Shown piece by piece: positions 33,270 to 45,194 of a stretch of 64,000 nucleotides of DNA; the stretch's first letter is position 1, and every line of letters starts with the position of its first letter. Made by a program: the position numbers and the translations under genes. Source of the stretch: Stegostoma tigrinum. Lineage: Eukaryota. The stretch lies in the NCBI RefSeq assembly GCF_030684315.1, contig NC_081383.1:39436979-39500978 (forward strand), given 5' to 3'. The notes beneath the pieces were generated by a model. It saw nothing but the letters and a program-made list of their open reading frames with translations. It was not told the DNA's origin and made no database searches.

Positions 33270-34745
33270 CTATTTGAAGCATATAACATTTGGAGAGATC
33301 TTGACAGGGTGGACTTGCAAAGGACATTTCCTCTGAGAGAGAATCTCGAACTAGGAGACATTGTTTAAAAATAAGAGGTCACCTATTTGAGACCAAGATG
33401 AGGATTTTTCTTTCTCCCCAGAAGATTGTGAGTCTTTGGATTTCCCTTCCTCAAAAGACAGTGGGATAATCTTTAAATATTTTTAATGCAGAGGTAGATG
33501 GACTATTTAAAGATTTTTGGGGGTAGCAGGAACGTAGAGCTGAGGTTAAAGTCAATGTTGCTATTCCCGAAATGCGCTGTCCCAGAGGGCCTTTGCCAAG
33601 GTGCTTCACAGGAGGCTGGTAAATAATACAAGAGCCCATCATGTTCGAAGTAAGGTACTGATATGGATAGAGGATTGGTTTACTGGCAGAAGGTGGAGAA
33701 TAGGGATAAAGTATTGTTTCTCAGGGTGGCAGCTGTGAAAAGTAGAGTTCCACAGGGGTCAGTATTGGGATTATGACTATCCATATTATACATGAATGAT
33801 CTGGACAAAGGAGCAGAGGACATTGTTGCTAAGTTTGCAGATGACTGGAAGTCTGGTGGAGGGACAGGTATTTTTGAGGAGGCAGGGAGCCTGCAGGAGG
33901 ACTTGGACAGTCTGGGAGAGTGGGCAAAGGAGTTGCAGATGGAATACAATGCCGGAAAGTGTGATAGGAAGAATAAGGGCATAGACTATTTTCTAAATGT
34001 GGAAAATCTTCAGAAATCTTAAGCAAAAAAGGTGTTGTGAGTCAGATTTCAGGATTCTCTTAAAGTTTAACATGCAAGTTCATTTGGTGTTTGGGAAGGC
34101 AAATACAATGTCAGCATTCATTTCGAGAGGGTTAGAACACGAGAGCAGGAAAGTTCTGCTGACACGGTATATTGCTGTAGTCCAACGGTGTTTGGAATAT
34201 TGCGTAGAGTTTTGGACCCTGTACCTAAGGAAGGAAGTTCTGGCATTGGAGAGGTCCAAAAGAGGTTTTCAAGAACGATCCCGGGAATGAAGGACTTGTT
34301 GTTTAAGGAGCAGTTGAGAACTCTCGGCTTCTACTCGATGGAGTTCAGAAAATTGAGGGGGGATCTGATTGAAACTCACAGGATAGTAAGAGCCCTGGAT
34401 ACATTCAATGTGGTTAAAACATTGTTCCATGAGTAGGATAGACTAGGACCCACGGGCACGGCCTCACACTGGAGGGGTAACTCTTTAGAAATGAGCTGAG
34501 GAGAAACTTCTTCAGCCTGAGGGTGGTGTATCTGTGGAGCTCATTGTTGGTAGAAGACTGTGGAGGCGAAGTCACTCAGTGTCTTTAAGACAGAGATAAG
34601 ATAGGGTCTTCATTAGTCAGGGGGTCAAAGGTTATGGGGAGAAGGCAGGAGAATGGGACTGAGAAATATGTCAGCCACAACTGAATGATGAAGCAGGCTC
34701 AATGGGCCAGCTGGCTGAATTCTGCAGCTGTATCTCATGGTCTAA
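33270..34745 (+). mobile_element. CR1 LINE fragments (short 3' piece, then RT to 3' end)
   Basis: [33 protein letters not shown]. Confidence 0.88.
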
Positions 34746-35172
34746 TGGAGCATCTTTCTTGGTCATTTCAGTGGTAGTTACGAGTCATCCCCATTGGTGT
34801 GACCCTGGAGTCACATGTTGACATAATCTGGTAGGGATGGCAGTTATCTTTCCCTAAAGGACATTAAGGAACCAGGTGGATTTTACAACAATCGATGACA
34901 GCTTCATCGTCACTGTAATCGAAACTTGTTTTCAATTCCCCATTTCATTCAAATCAACCAAATTTAAATTTCAGAAAATGAGATTTGAGTCTTTGTTTCC
35001 TGAGCATTTGCCTCGGTCTCTGGATCACTCCTTCAGGGACATCACCATATGCACCATTATCCCCTTACGGTGCTGGCAGAAAACTTGGAAATATGACTCT
35101 CCATTCCTTCATCTAAGTAATCTTTGGCAAAAATTAAGAACTGGTGCCAAGAAACGGATAGCTGAGAGGGTG

Positions 35173-35388
35173 ATAACAAAGTGTGAAGCTGGATGAACAC
35201 AGCAGGCCAAGTAGCATCTCAGGAGCACAAAAGCTGACGTTTCGGGCTAGACCCTTTATCAGTTGAAGGGTCTAGGCCCGAAATGTCAGCTTTTGTGCTC
35301 CTGAGATGCTGCTTGGCCTGCTGTGTTCATCCAGCTTCACACTTTGTTATCTTGGATTCTCCAGCATCTGCAGTTCCCAATATAACTG
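35173..35388. mobile_element. Near-perfect palindromic Penelope-type mini-element
   Basis: Arms ataacaaagtgtgaagctggatgaacacagcaggccaag.. (from 35173) and ..cttggcctgctgtgttcatccagcttcacactttgttat (to 35350). Confidence 0.85.
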
Positions 35389-36639
35389 AGACGGAGTATG
35401 AGTCACATTCAGTGTATATATTGATTATTCCCCTCGTCTGGTTCCTGCTCTCACAGATTTCTGGTGCAGGTCAATGGGCTGAGTCTAAATCTCTTAACCC
35501 TGTTGGTTGTAACGACTGGTCTAAAGCTTTTCTCACAACTCAAGCCTCTCATTCTTTAATACAAGTGGTCTTAATTTCCACCAAATCTCTCCCACTGCCT
35601 CACCATAATGTTGGTGGTTCTACTGTGAAAAACCCCAAAGGGTTTTACACTCAATAGAGAACTGACAGGAAGTTTAACAATCCCGTCAGAGGACTGGCAA
35701 TAGAAATGGGGCATGTTTGTAAATTGCGGTTGGTGGTTCTAACGAACTAACCTAACAAACGTTTAGAATATTGGGAAGTTGCCTGAATTGTAACACTTCA
35801 TTTCACCACTTCATTTAGCAGCAATTCTACTGCACAATCAGAAATCCCTCAGACTCTGCCACCTGGATGCTCTGATCTCGGGAGGTAGGGAGCAAATAAG
35901 TCATTACATCTCCATCGCAATGTTCACCTGGAAATAGTGCCCTCCGTTATAGTCAATTGAATAGCTGTGACTAAATCAGCAAATAACTCTTAACATGACA
36001 TTTAAATATTTATAACAAGCCTGTAAATGGCTACCACTGCATCCAAAATATGACCTCAAATTTGGAAGATTTTCAAACGAGTGAGTTATTATTTGGACCT
36101 TGAAGTTAAAATATAATGAGGTCTGATCTGGAAAAGTTGCTCTGTTTGGTATTTATTGGGAAAGCCACAAAGATCCACACTACAATAATCAACAAGGTCA
36201 TCACAACAAGTTGCCCTGTCCTTAAGTGTGTTTCTCACATATTTTTCCCTCCTTGTTCACTCTCTTTTTCCCTATCACTGAATTTCTCAATGAGAACTGC
36301 AAGGTTATATTAATACCTTGTCTCAGTCATTCCAAACACAGGCAAATGAATCTTGCCGTGTCCCTTCCCATGACCACCATGGATGGACAGATACCACTCC
36401 GTCCAGTTGCTCTCCAGTGCCTGGAAAACTATCCTGCACAAAATGTAACTCTAACCCTGACCGTAACCCTGCTCACTGAAAAAAAAACAGGTAAATTTGG
36501 AAAAGCCGACTGTGAGTAAATTTAGCGCCAGCTCAAAGTGCAGATTTTACAGTTCTGGTTAACTTGCTGAATCAATGTTTTGATTGCTGGAAATTGAGCC
36601 AATGTGTAATAATGAATGGGGCAAGAAGGATAGCATTCC

Positions 36640-36980
36640 TTATGAGGAGTGATTCGGCAGTGTAGGAAGATTATCACTAGAGATTTGAAGAATGAGAGGA
36701 GATCTAATTGAGTTGTACAAGATGCCAAAGGGATTGACAAAATAGATGTAGAGAGGATGTTTCCTCTCATGGAGCAATCCAGAAAGAGGGGTAACAGATT
36801 TCGGCTGAGGGGTATGCAAATGAGAAGAAATTATTTCTTTCAAAGGTTTGTGAATCTATGGAATTAACTATCCCAGAGTGGATTGGATGTCGGGGCACTG
36901 AGTAAATTTAAGGAGAAGTTCGATAGATTTTGAGGCTTGAGGGGTTGAATTGCTTACTTCTGCTCATAGGTCTTACATTG
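36640..36980 (+). mobile_element. Old CR1 3' fragment
   Basis: MRGDLIELYKM motif and CR1-like tail. Confidence 0.7.
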
Positions 36981-37339
36981 TTCCATTTGGTCAGGATTCA
37001 GCAGAGGAATGCTTCAGGATTAAGCAACAAGAAGTAAGAGAGTAGCTGATCACATAGGAGTTAATTATCTTCAGTCACTATTTTGATTCTAATTTCACCA
37101 ATTATTTCTCTTTGCTTATGGTAAATAATTGGGACAGAAACTGCTGATTGGACATTAGATCTTATTCCTGAAATGAAAACCAGTTTTCGCTGGGCATTTA
37201 AGAGAACAATGTTGATGCTGCAGCTGGCTTCATTTGAGTACCTCAGCCAAGGTCTGGAGAATTCCCGTAACTTCATAAAACAGTGAGTGGATTGCAATGG
37301 CGTAGGGTTGTCATAAACTTGAAAGGAAGAACCTGCACA

Positions 37340-37670
37340 TGTCTGACAACCCTAAACATTGGACAGCCAATGGTTATTTGTGAAGTGAAGTTGATGCTGT
37401 TTTGTGAGAGAATGAAGCAATGAGCTTATTTAATTTCTGTGCTGTTGGTTGAAAGATAAATGTTGACCAGACACCTGGAGAAATCCACAGCTCTCCATCA
37501 GATCATACTGTGGAATCTTTCTCATCCGTATGAGAGAACAGAGAGAAACGGAAATGCAAAGATTCATTCTATAGACTGTTCCCTGACAATGCAGCATTTT
37601 CTCAACACACTGAAATGTCAGCCTTTACAATGTATTTAAAGCCTGGAGTATGGTTTGAATTCACAAGTGT
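37340..37670 (-). mobile_element. Degenerate DeuSINE-like (SacSINE1/AmnSINE-type) element
   Basis: gataaatgttgaccagacacctggagaaatcc..ggaatcttt..gacaatgcagca..tgtcagcct..tgaattcac resembles the reverse Deu-domain consensus as I recall it; not verified by alignment. Confidence 0.5.
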
Positions 37671-38744
37671 CCTGACAATGATAGAAGAATATTAAGAAAA
37701 AACCAAAACTAGACACACCAAATTAGAGATTTCCATGGTCACTGTAACGTTTACTGTTTATATGGGAACATTGCTAATGTGGTTATATTAGTGGATCACA
37801 GAACCAGGATCACAGAATTACTAAGGTGTTGAATGTGGCCATTCCGCCCATTGTACCTGCATCAGCTCCTGCCTCATTTCATACGTCTGTGCACCCTTAC
37901 TGAACCGAATGCATAATCCAGAGACACCAGTTCAAATCGCACAATGGCAGTTCATGAAATTGAATTTAGATAAGAAGCTTCATCTGGAATGGAAACTTCA
38001 GTACAGCTATCAGGTTGTTTTGAGTGCACCTCTGTTGCAGCCAGGTATGTGGGAAGGAAATTAGTTGTCCTCAACTGCTCTGGCCTGCATGTGACAGCTC
38101 ATTCCAGGAAAGGAAGTTGACACTTACCTGAAGTTTATAAAATTATTATGCTCAGTGAAACTTAAAGTTAAAAAGACAGGATCTAATGTAACAATGACAC
38201 TTTAGACCTGTGCTGCTGTTGAACTGGGCACTGCATATTTCTGTGGTTGTAGTGAGCTGGCTCGAATGGAGCACAGTGTCAGCCACATACATCTTATCAC
38301 ATTAATTTTGTTCAATGATCTATATAAATTGGAAAGTTAATCCAACATTTGACAAAGGTGGTAATGGATATCTTTGTGTAAACTTATAAAAGTGGAATTT
38401 GATTCTGCATTCTGGAAGACATCACACTTAATTTGTTAATCATCAAACTTCACAATGAAAGATATTGCAAAAGATCAGAGGAATGGTCTTGCAATGCAAT
38501 GTATCCATACAATGTGGGAAAACCTGCTATTTCGCATTGCGGCTGTCAGAGCACAGGTTCACTTCACGATGAGCTTGTTAATATAAGACTTCTCACTTAT
38601 TCATGATTGTTTCGGTGGAGTGCAATGGGTTCAGTGCTCATTCTATGTGCATGTCCAAATGGGTCAGAGCGATTTGGGAAAGTGGTTTAACTTGTCTCAA
38701 ATCACCTTCTCAATGAGCTTCTCCTCTTTCCAGTTTGGTTTTAA

Positions 38745-39345
38745 TATTTGCTCTCAGGATATGGACGATGCTGATAATGTCAGCACTTATCTCCCATCCT
38801 GAACTGCCTTGAGAAGGTGGTGCAGGACCTTCTATTGAAATTGCTGCATTACTGGTAGTGGAGGTGCTCCCACAATGGTCTTAGAGAGCCCAAGGCAATG
38901 ACACTGACAAGACAGCAGCAGTATGTGCAAATGCTGTGGGACTGGGAGGGGAGTGTGAAGGTGAGGGTTGTACACAAGACACAGCTGCCCCGGTCCCCTC
39001 AGTGGTAGAGGTTGTAAGGGAAGGAGTAACCTTAGTGATTTGTTACAGTTCATTCTGTAGACAGTACATTCTGCAGCTGCAGGGCACTAGGTGCTGCAGG
39101 AGAAATGGAGTCTAGTAGCAGGAACCTCAATCGAGTGAATTGCTCTGTGCTGGACAGTGTTGTAGCTGCTCCTTCCAGGTGAGCAGTGATTATTCCATTG
39201 CACTCCTGACCTGGAGCTCGTCAGTTTTGGGGAGGCTGTGAAGGGTCAGGAGATGAGGCACTTGTCTCAGAATACACAGCTTCTGCCCTGTGTCTCTCAC
39301 AATAGTGTTAGTCTGGCAGCTCCAGTCCAACTTGTGGTCAATGGG
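38745..39345 (-). mobile_element. Old copy of the CR1/L2-like LINE 3' part (same family as 30590-31735)
   Basis: Reverse-complement similarity to the tail ttctcaagggc..gggatggg and to the cattgacc..aact region. Confidence 0.65.
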
Positions 39346-42122
39346 AAACATTATAAACTGGTGGATGTAAGCATTAGGAGAGGTTTATTTTTCAATAGAG
39401 AAACCACAGTGGAAGGTCCATCTCTATCAAACAGAACAGCAAGTTTGTAAAAATTACAAGGAAGTGGAAACTAAATTGAGAGGTATGTGGTTTTGTGAAA
39501 TTTTCAAACTGTTACAATGGATTTACAGCATTGAAACAGGCCATTCAGCCTGTCAGACCCAAGCTAATGTTTATGCTCCATATGAGCCTGCTCCCATGTG
39601 TATTGTCACCCTATCAGCTTATCCTTCTCTTCCTCTATCCGCCATCTGCTTATCTAGTTTACCCTTTATTCCATCTCTGCTCGTCACCTCAACTGCTTCC
39701 TGTAGCTGCCAGTTCCACAGTTTAAACAGTGTTTGGGTAAAGTCATTTCTCCTGAGGTCACTCTTCACTTGTTCGTGACAAATTTACATTTATATTTGTG
39801 TCTAACTGCTCAAAAACACTTTTACAATCTTAAAATCATCTCTCTGGTCACCCTCAGTTCTCTCCTTTCTGATCAAAAAGCTTCAACATATTCAATGATT
39901 TTTTTTCATTGTGAAAATCTCTCAATTCCAGTATAATTAAAAAAAACTTTTCTGTGTAATGTTCCCAATCCATCTATATTTCGATGACTGATATTAGGGG
40001 ACAGAATGACAAGAAACAAAAGCAGCTTAAATGTGAATGAAACAGGAAAGAAAGCTCTGGGAATAAAAAATAAATTCAAGGAGGCCATTCACACCTATGT
40101 AGTAAGTGCTATTACAGAAAAGCAGTCTAAGTGTAAATTGAGAGTTATCCAATTAAAATGTGTTAAACAATGTCTGGCATAAGACCAGGGTGCTGGATGT
40201 AGAGAAAACGAACATGACAGAGGCTATTGAGATATGACTTCAGAAAGAACAGGGCTGGGTATGAGGCACTGCAGCATCTAATATATTTAGAAAAGATACA
40301 GAGATGAAATAAAGGGGAGGTAGAGAACCTGCATTTATTAAAGGTAACAGAAGGGCTGTCAAAAAGACAATGCCATTTGGAAGACAAAGATACAGTCCAT
40401 ATAGAGAGACATAAAGTTAATAAAAGAGTTATCACAGAAAGACATGTTCTCCACGGGCCAGCTTAAAGTAAAAGAGAGATGATCAATGAGATCACTCCAA
40501 GAAAACTCCAAGACTGCAATGAAACTGGAAGCTCATGGCTCATGAGCACCTTCTTGAGGGAATCAGTGATGGGCAATACATTTCAGCCCTTTCAGTGATG
40601 CTTAAATGCTGTGAATCAATAGGTTTTTGAGGGTGTAAGAGAGGGAGTAGACATTTGTAATGCTGTAGATGTAATTTATCTAGATTTTCAAGAAGCTTTC
40701 AATGATGTTCCCCATAACTGAATAATAAATCAGGTCAGAGAATGCAGAGTCATGGAACAAAGTGGTCTTTCTAACTTGCATTAGGTCAGAAGGCTGAGAT
40801 TGGAATGAAAGATAACTGATTCACTCTGGCAGAAACTGAAAACTGGTGCACCTCAGTGACCAGTGTTGGGGCCACTGCTGCTCACAGTCTTGTGTGAAAA
40901 ATCCTTCCTTAACTGAGCATGTCTTGACTCAGAAGCCAGTAATCCATGAATTGTAATTCAGAGGTCACCCAGTCTGCGTTTAGTCTTGGCCACAGAAGAA
41001 GTGTTCATGATGTTCACAGATCACAAACTGTTTGGTAATCAATGCACTAATCATTTTCAGCTTTTTTTTATGAAAAAGGAGGAGGATTGTCTGAATAAAA
41101 AGGGTTTTGGATTGGGGGAAAGCTGATTTTATAAATAAGGCAGGATCTGTCTAAAGTAGGCTGGGAAAAGCTAGTTAAGGTTGAATCTACAGCAGAACAC
41201 TGGGGTGTATTCAAAAATTTTTCCATATAAACATTTTATTCAAAAATTGAGTACAAACTCAACATGCTCCCCTTATGGTGAAATGTAAGAGCAACATGAC
41301 CAGAGAACCCAAGATCTCTCACAATGTTCAGGACTGGACATAAAGGCAAACAGAGATGTATGACAGGTACAAAGAGAGAAAAACACTGGAATTTCTAGAG
41401 GAGTATCAAAGGGAAGAGAATGATCAGGGAAAGACCATGGCCTATTCGGGATGTCTGGGGCAATCTGTGTGTGAAGCCAGATGGCTTTGGTGGAGTTTTA
41501 AATGAGAACTTCCTGTCTGTGTTTACTGGATGAGCACTTGAACTGTCAGAACATTCAAGGCTTTGAGCCGAATGTGGGAGAATGGGATTAGTCTGGGTAG
41601 TAATGTATTTTTGTTGGTGCAGACTGAAGCATCTCTTCAGTACTGCATTATTCTGATTCTATGAATCGATCTCTCATTTCCATATGACTTTATAAAGAGA
41701 AACAAATATATGTGGAGGAAGGTAGCATGTACTATATGGTTGGATTGTATCAGAGTTTAATTTGTGGGGTAATAGATTTGTGAAAGTTGTATAGGAATGT
41801 AATAACAACAATTGGAAGCAAGTGTTTTGAATGTAGTATTCTTGCAGGGCAGGGCATGTGTGTGCAAGAATTCACAGACACTAGGTAATCTGCACCCAGC
41901 ATCAACTCAACCTCCTCCTGTGGGAGCCAATCTCAGGATGAATCTGGGAAACTCTTCTCCCCTATAAGGCAAGCAGTTACTAATCTCACTTGCCCCTTCT
42001 CCCCACCTACCTGCTCCTCGAGATGTCACCCTTCATAAGATCTCCCTGAAAGCCATTGTCACTCTTTTGTATCTCTTGAACAACTTTACAATATTAACAT
42101 TGTTTTTTTGATAATTTTTCAG

Positions 42123-42560
42123 TTGGGGAACTGACTGAGGGGAAGAAAGTTACATCAAAATGTCTAAGGATCAGGGGGTGGAAATAACTATGGAATTGCC
42201 ACGGATGTAGTTTATACGTTCGTGTAAGGAGCCAGGAGTTAAACCAGGGCTTCAGTGAACTCCCCCGAAAGAATGATGGAACCATTTCTGACAATGTTGA
42301 CACATTCGACACCATTGCTTTAACTGTCTGTTGCAATTTGAAACAGTTGAATAACATCAGCTTCTGCACATTTCCATTGCATTACATAAAAGCCAATGTC
42401 ATTGTATGTTTAATACATATAACCACAGTAATGCCTGCAGGCCTACATTCTCCAGCTTGTGGAGTGACAATGATCTGCATGTACTGCTGATGTTGACTGA
42501 CATAATAAACACCGTCAGCCATCACTTTGAGAGTTGGTTTATTCCAAAGAAACAAATATG
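42123..42560 (+). pseudogene. Cathepsin paralog remnant: disabled last coding exon (42123-42227) plus 3' UTR
   Basis: ataatttttcAG acceptor, then S-WGTD*GEESYIKMSKDQ/+5 nt frameshift/NNYGIATDVVYTFV*. Premature TGA at 42136-42138. Downstream sequence aligns with the reverse complement of about 220-535, including AATAAA at 42504. Confidence 0.9.
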
Positions 42561-43004
42561 CCTTTTCCTGCCACGAATTCTCTACTTAATTTGACATAAT
42601 AAGTAAGCATCATAAAATAATGTAGTCAAACTCACAGAGCACTGAGAAAAAGGCTCCACGAATAATTAACAATTGTAATGGCACAACTGAGAAATCTAAG
42701 TTTTAAATATTTAAACAAGATTATCACAACTTCCTCAGTAAGTAAAGCCTGAAATTCTTCAATCTTTCCTCCTAACATAACTTCTTATCCTAGGGAACAA
42801 TCTGGGGAATCTTCCCTGACCAGCCTCCTTTGGCGAGGAGGCAAACCTGCCCATTGTCTCGCCGATGTAATGTACAAAGTCAGAAATCACACGATGCCAG
42901 TTTCAATTCCAACAATTTATTTGAAATCACAGTCTTTCAGTCTGCTGGTCCATCATCAGATGAAGACTTCACTTCTGAAGGACCAGAAATGTTAACTCTG
43001 ATTG

Positions 43005-43648
43005 GGTTGTAAAGAAGGCGTATGGTGTGTTGGCTTTCATTGGCAGGGGAATTGAGGTTTAAGAACCATGAGGTTATGTTGCAGCTCTATAAAACACTGG
43101 TTAGACCACACTTGGAGTATCGTGTTCAGTTCTGGTCACCTTGTTATAGGAAAAGTATGGGAGCTTTAGGGATGGTGCAGAGGAGATTTACCAGGATGCT
43201 GCATGGACTGGAGGGCAGGTCTGATGAGGAAACATTGAGGGAACGAGGGCTTTTTTCATGGGAGCAAAGAAGGATGAGAGGTGACTTGATAAAAGTTTAC
43301 AAGATGATGAGAGACATAGATAGAGTGGACAGCTAGAAACATTTACCCAGGGTGGCAATGAATATTATGAGGGGGCATAATTTTAAGGTGATTGGAGGAA
43401 GGTATAGGAGAGCTGTCAGAGGTAGGTTCTTTACACAGAGAGTGGTGGGCGTGTGGAATATGCTGCCAGCAGTGGTAGTGGAGTCAGATACTTTAGATTC
43501 TTTTAAGCAACTTTTAGAAAGGCACGTGGAGGATAGTAAAATGTAGGGTATGCCAGGTAGATTGACCTGAGTAGGATAATAGGTTGGCACAACATCGTGG
43601 GCCGAAGGGCCTGTACTGTGCTGGATGGTTCTATGTTCTATGTTCTAA
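43005..43648 (+). mobile_element. CR1 LINE 3' fragment
   Basis: LYKTLVRPHLEY.VQFWSP, RGRFFTQRVV; (TTCTATG)n tail. Confidence 0.93.
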
Positions 43649-43669
43649 CTTCTGTTTTTGTTTCCAAAA

Positions 43670-45145
43670 CTACATAATTGAGTTAATGGGGTGGGCAGGA
43701 CAGTGGCAGATGGAGCTCAATTCTGATAAGTGTGAGATAACGCATTGAGGGATGTCTAACAGTAAAAGCGAATACACAACAAATGGGAATATACTGAGAG
43801 AAGTGAATGAAGTGAGAGATCTTAGTGTGCAAGTGCAGATGCTGCTAAAGAGAGCAGTACAGGGAGATAAGGTTGTAAAAAAGGCAAATGGAATGCCCTC
43901 TTTCATTGACAGAGGGATAGAATACCAAAAAACGGAGAAAATGATGAAACCGTATAAGACACTGTTAAGGTCACAAATGGAATATTGTATAATCTTATTA
44001 TATTCCAAAGTGGTGAGGGTTGGACTATGAGGAGAGACTGAGTAGACTGGGATTCTACTCATTGGAATTCAGAAGAATGAGGGGAGATCTTATAGAAAAT
44101 ATAAGATTATGAAGGGAATAGAATAGGTGGAGACAGGGAGGTTGTTTCCGCTAGAAGGTGAAACTAGGACGGGAAGGTATTGTCTCACAATAAAGGGAAG
44201 CAGACGTAGGATTGAGGTCAGGAGGAACTTTTTCACCCAAAGGGGTGTGAATCTGTGGAATTCCCTGCCCAGTGAAGCGGTTGAAGCTATCTCGCTGAAT
44301 GTGTTTAAGGCCAGGCTAGACAAATTTTTGAACAGCAAAAGGATAAACATATGGATGATGATGGGATAGTGGAGGGGGATGGGCTTAGATTAGTTCACAG
44401 GTCGGTGCAACATCGAGGGCCGAAGGGCCTATTCTGCGCCGCATTGTTCTATGTTCTATATTCTAATTAAGGGTTATGATGAATGGGCGGGTAAGTGAAG
44501 CTGAGTCTCAAAATGATTATCCATGATCTTATTGAATGGCAGTGCAGGCTGTAGGGGCTGGATGGCCTACTCCTGCTCCCAGTTCTTATGTTCTTATGTT
44601 TTTATGTGCGCACAGTTCTGGTCACCGCATTACAGGAAGGACATAATTGCTCTGCAGAGAGCACAGAGAAGACTTACTGGAGTGTTGCCAGGGCTCGAGA
44701 ATTGTAGCTATGAGGAGAGATTGGAGTGGTTGGGGTTGTTTTCCTTGGAACAGAGAAGGCTGAAGGGCAATATGATTGACGTATATAAAATTGTGAGGGG
44801 TAGAGATTGAAGTAAACAGGAGGAACCTGTTTCCCTTGGCAGCGATTTTAAAAACCGGGGGTCATTGATTCAGGCTGAGTGGTCACAGGGTTAGAGGGGA
44901 ATTGAGGATTTTTTTTTACACAGAGAGTGGTGGTGTCTGGAACTCACTGCCTGAGTTGGTGGTGGAGACAAAGATCCGAAACTCTTTTCGAAAGTACCTG
45001 GATCTGCACCTCAGTGCTTTAAGATGCAGGGTTATGAGCTGTGTGCAGGAAGATGGAGTTAGAAAGGCCATCTAGGTGCCCTTGGGTCAGCATGGACAAG
45101 TTAGGCCCTTCTATGCTGTATCATTCCTCTAGCTCTCTGGTTCGA
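43670..45145 (+). mobile_element. Three nested CR1 3' fragments
   Basis: The outer copy breaks at EYC (about 43990) and resumes at AQFWSPHYRK (about 44607). The middle copy, about 44000-44605, ends in (TTCTTATG)n. The inner tail, about 44342-44464, ends in (TTCTATG)n. Confidence 0.82.
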
Positions 45146-45194
45146 TGCTGACAGTCTCAAAAATTAACGACCCAACCACAATCTCAGTTTGAAG

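Noticed and set aside
35827-35927. Possible - strand terminal exon shared with 57615-57715: both 101 nt, ttccAG acceptor, same TAG (EHCDGDVMTYLLP.. versus EHCEDDVKICVLP..)
   Set aside because: Only 2 of 19 differing codons are synonymous and no partner exons or protein family were recognised; consistent with neutral divergence of duplicated non-coding DNA.
36342-36490. AG..GT-bounded + strand segment that looks like an exon
   Set aside because: No frame resembles cathepsin or any family I recognise; no supporting neighbours.
39455-39475. GGAAGTGGAAA Ets/IRF-like motif in block C
   Set aside because: Short motif, not conserved in the inverted copy upstream of the live gene.
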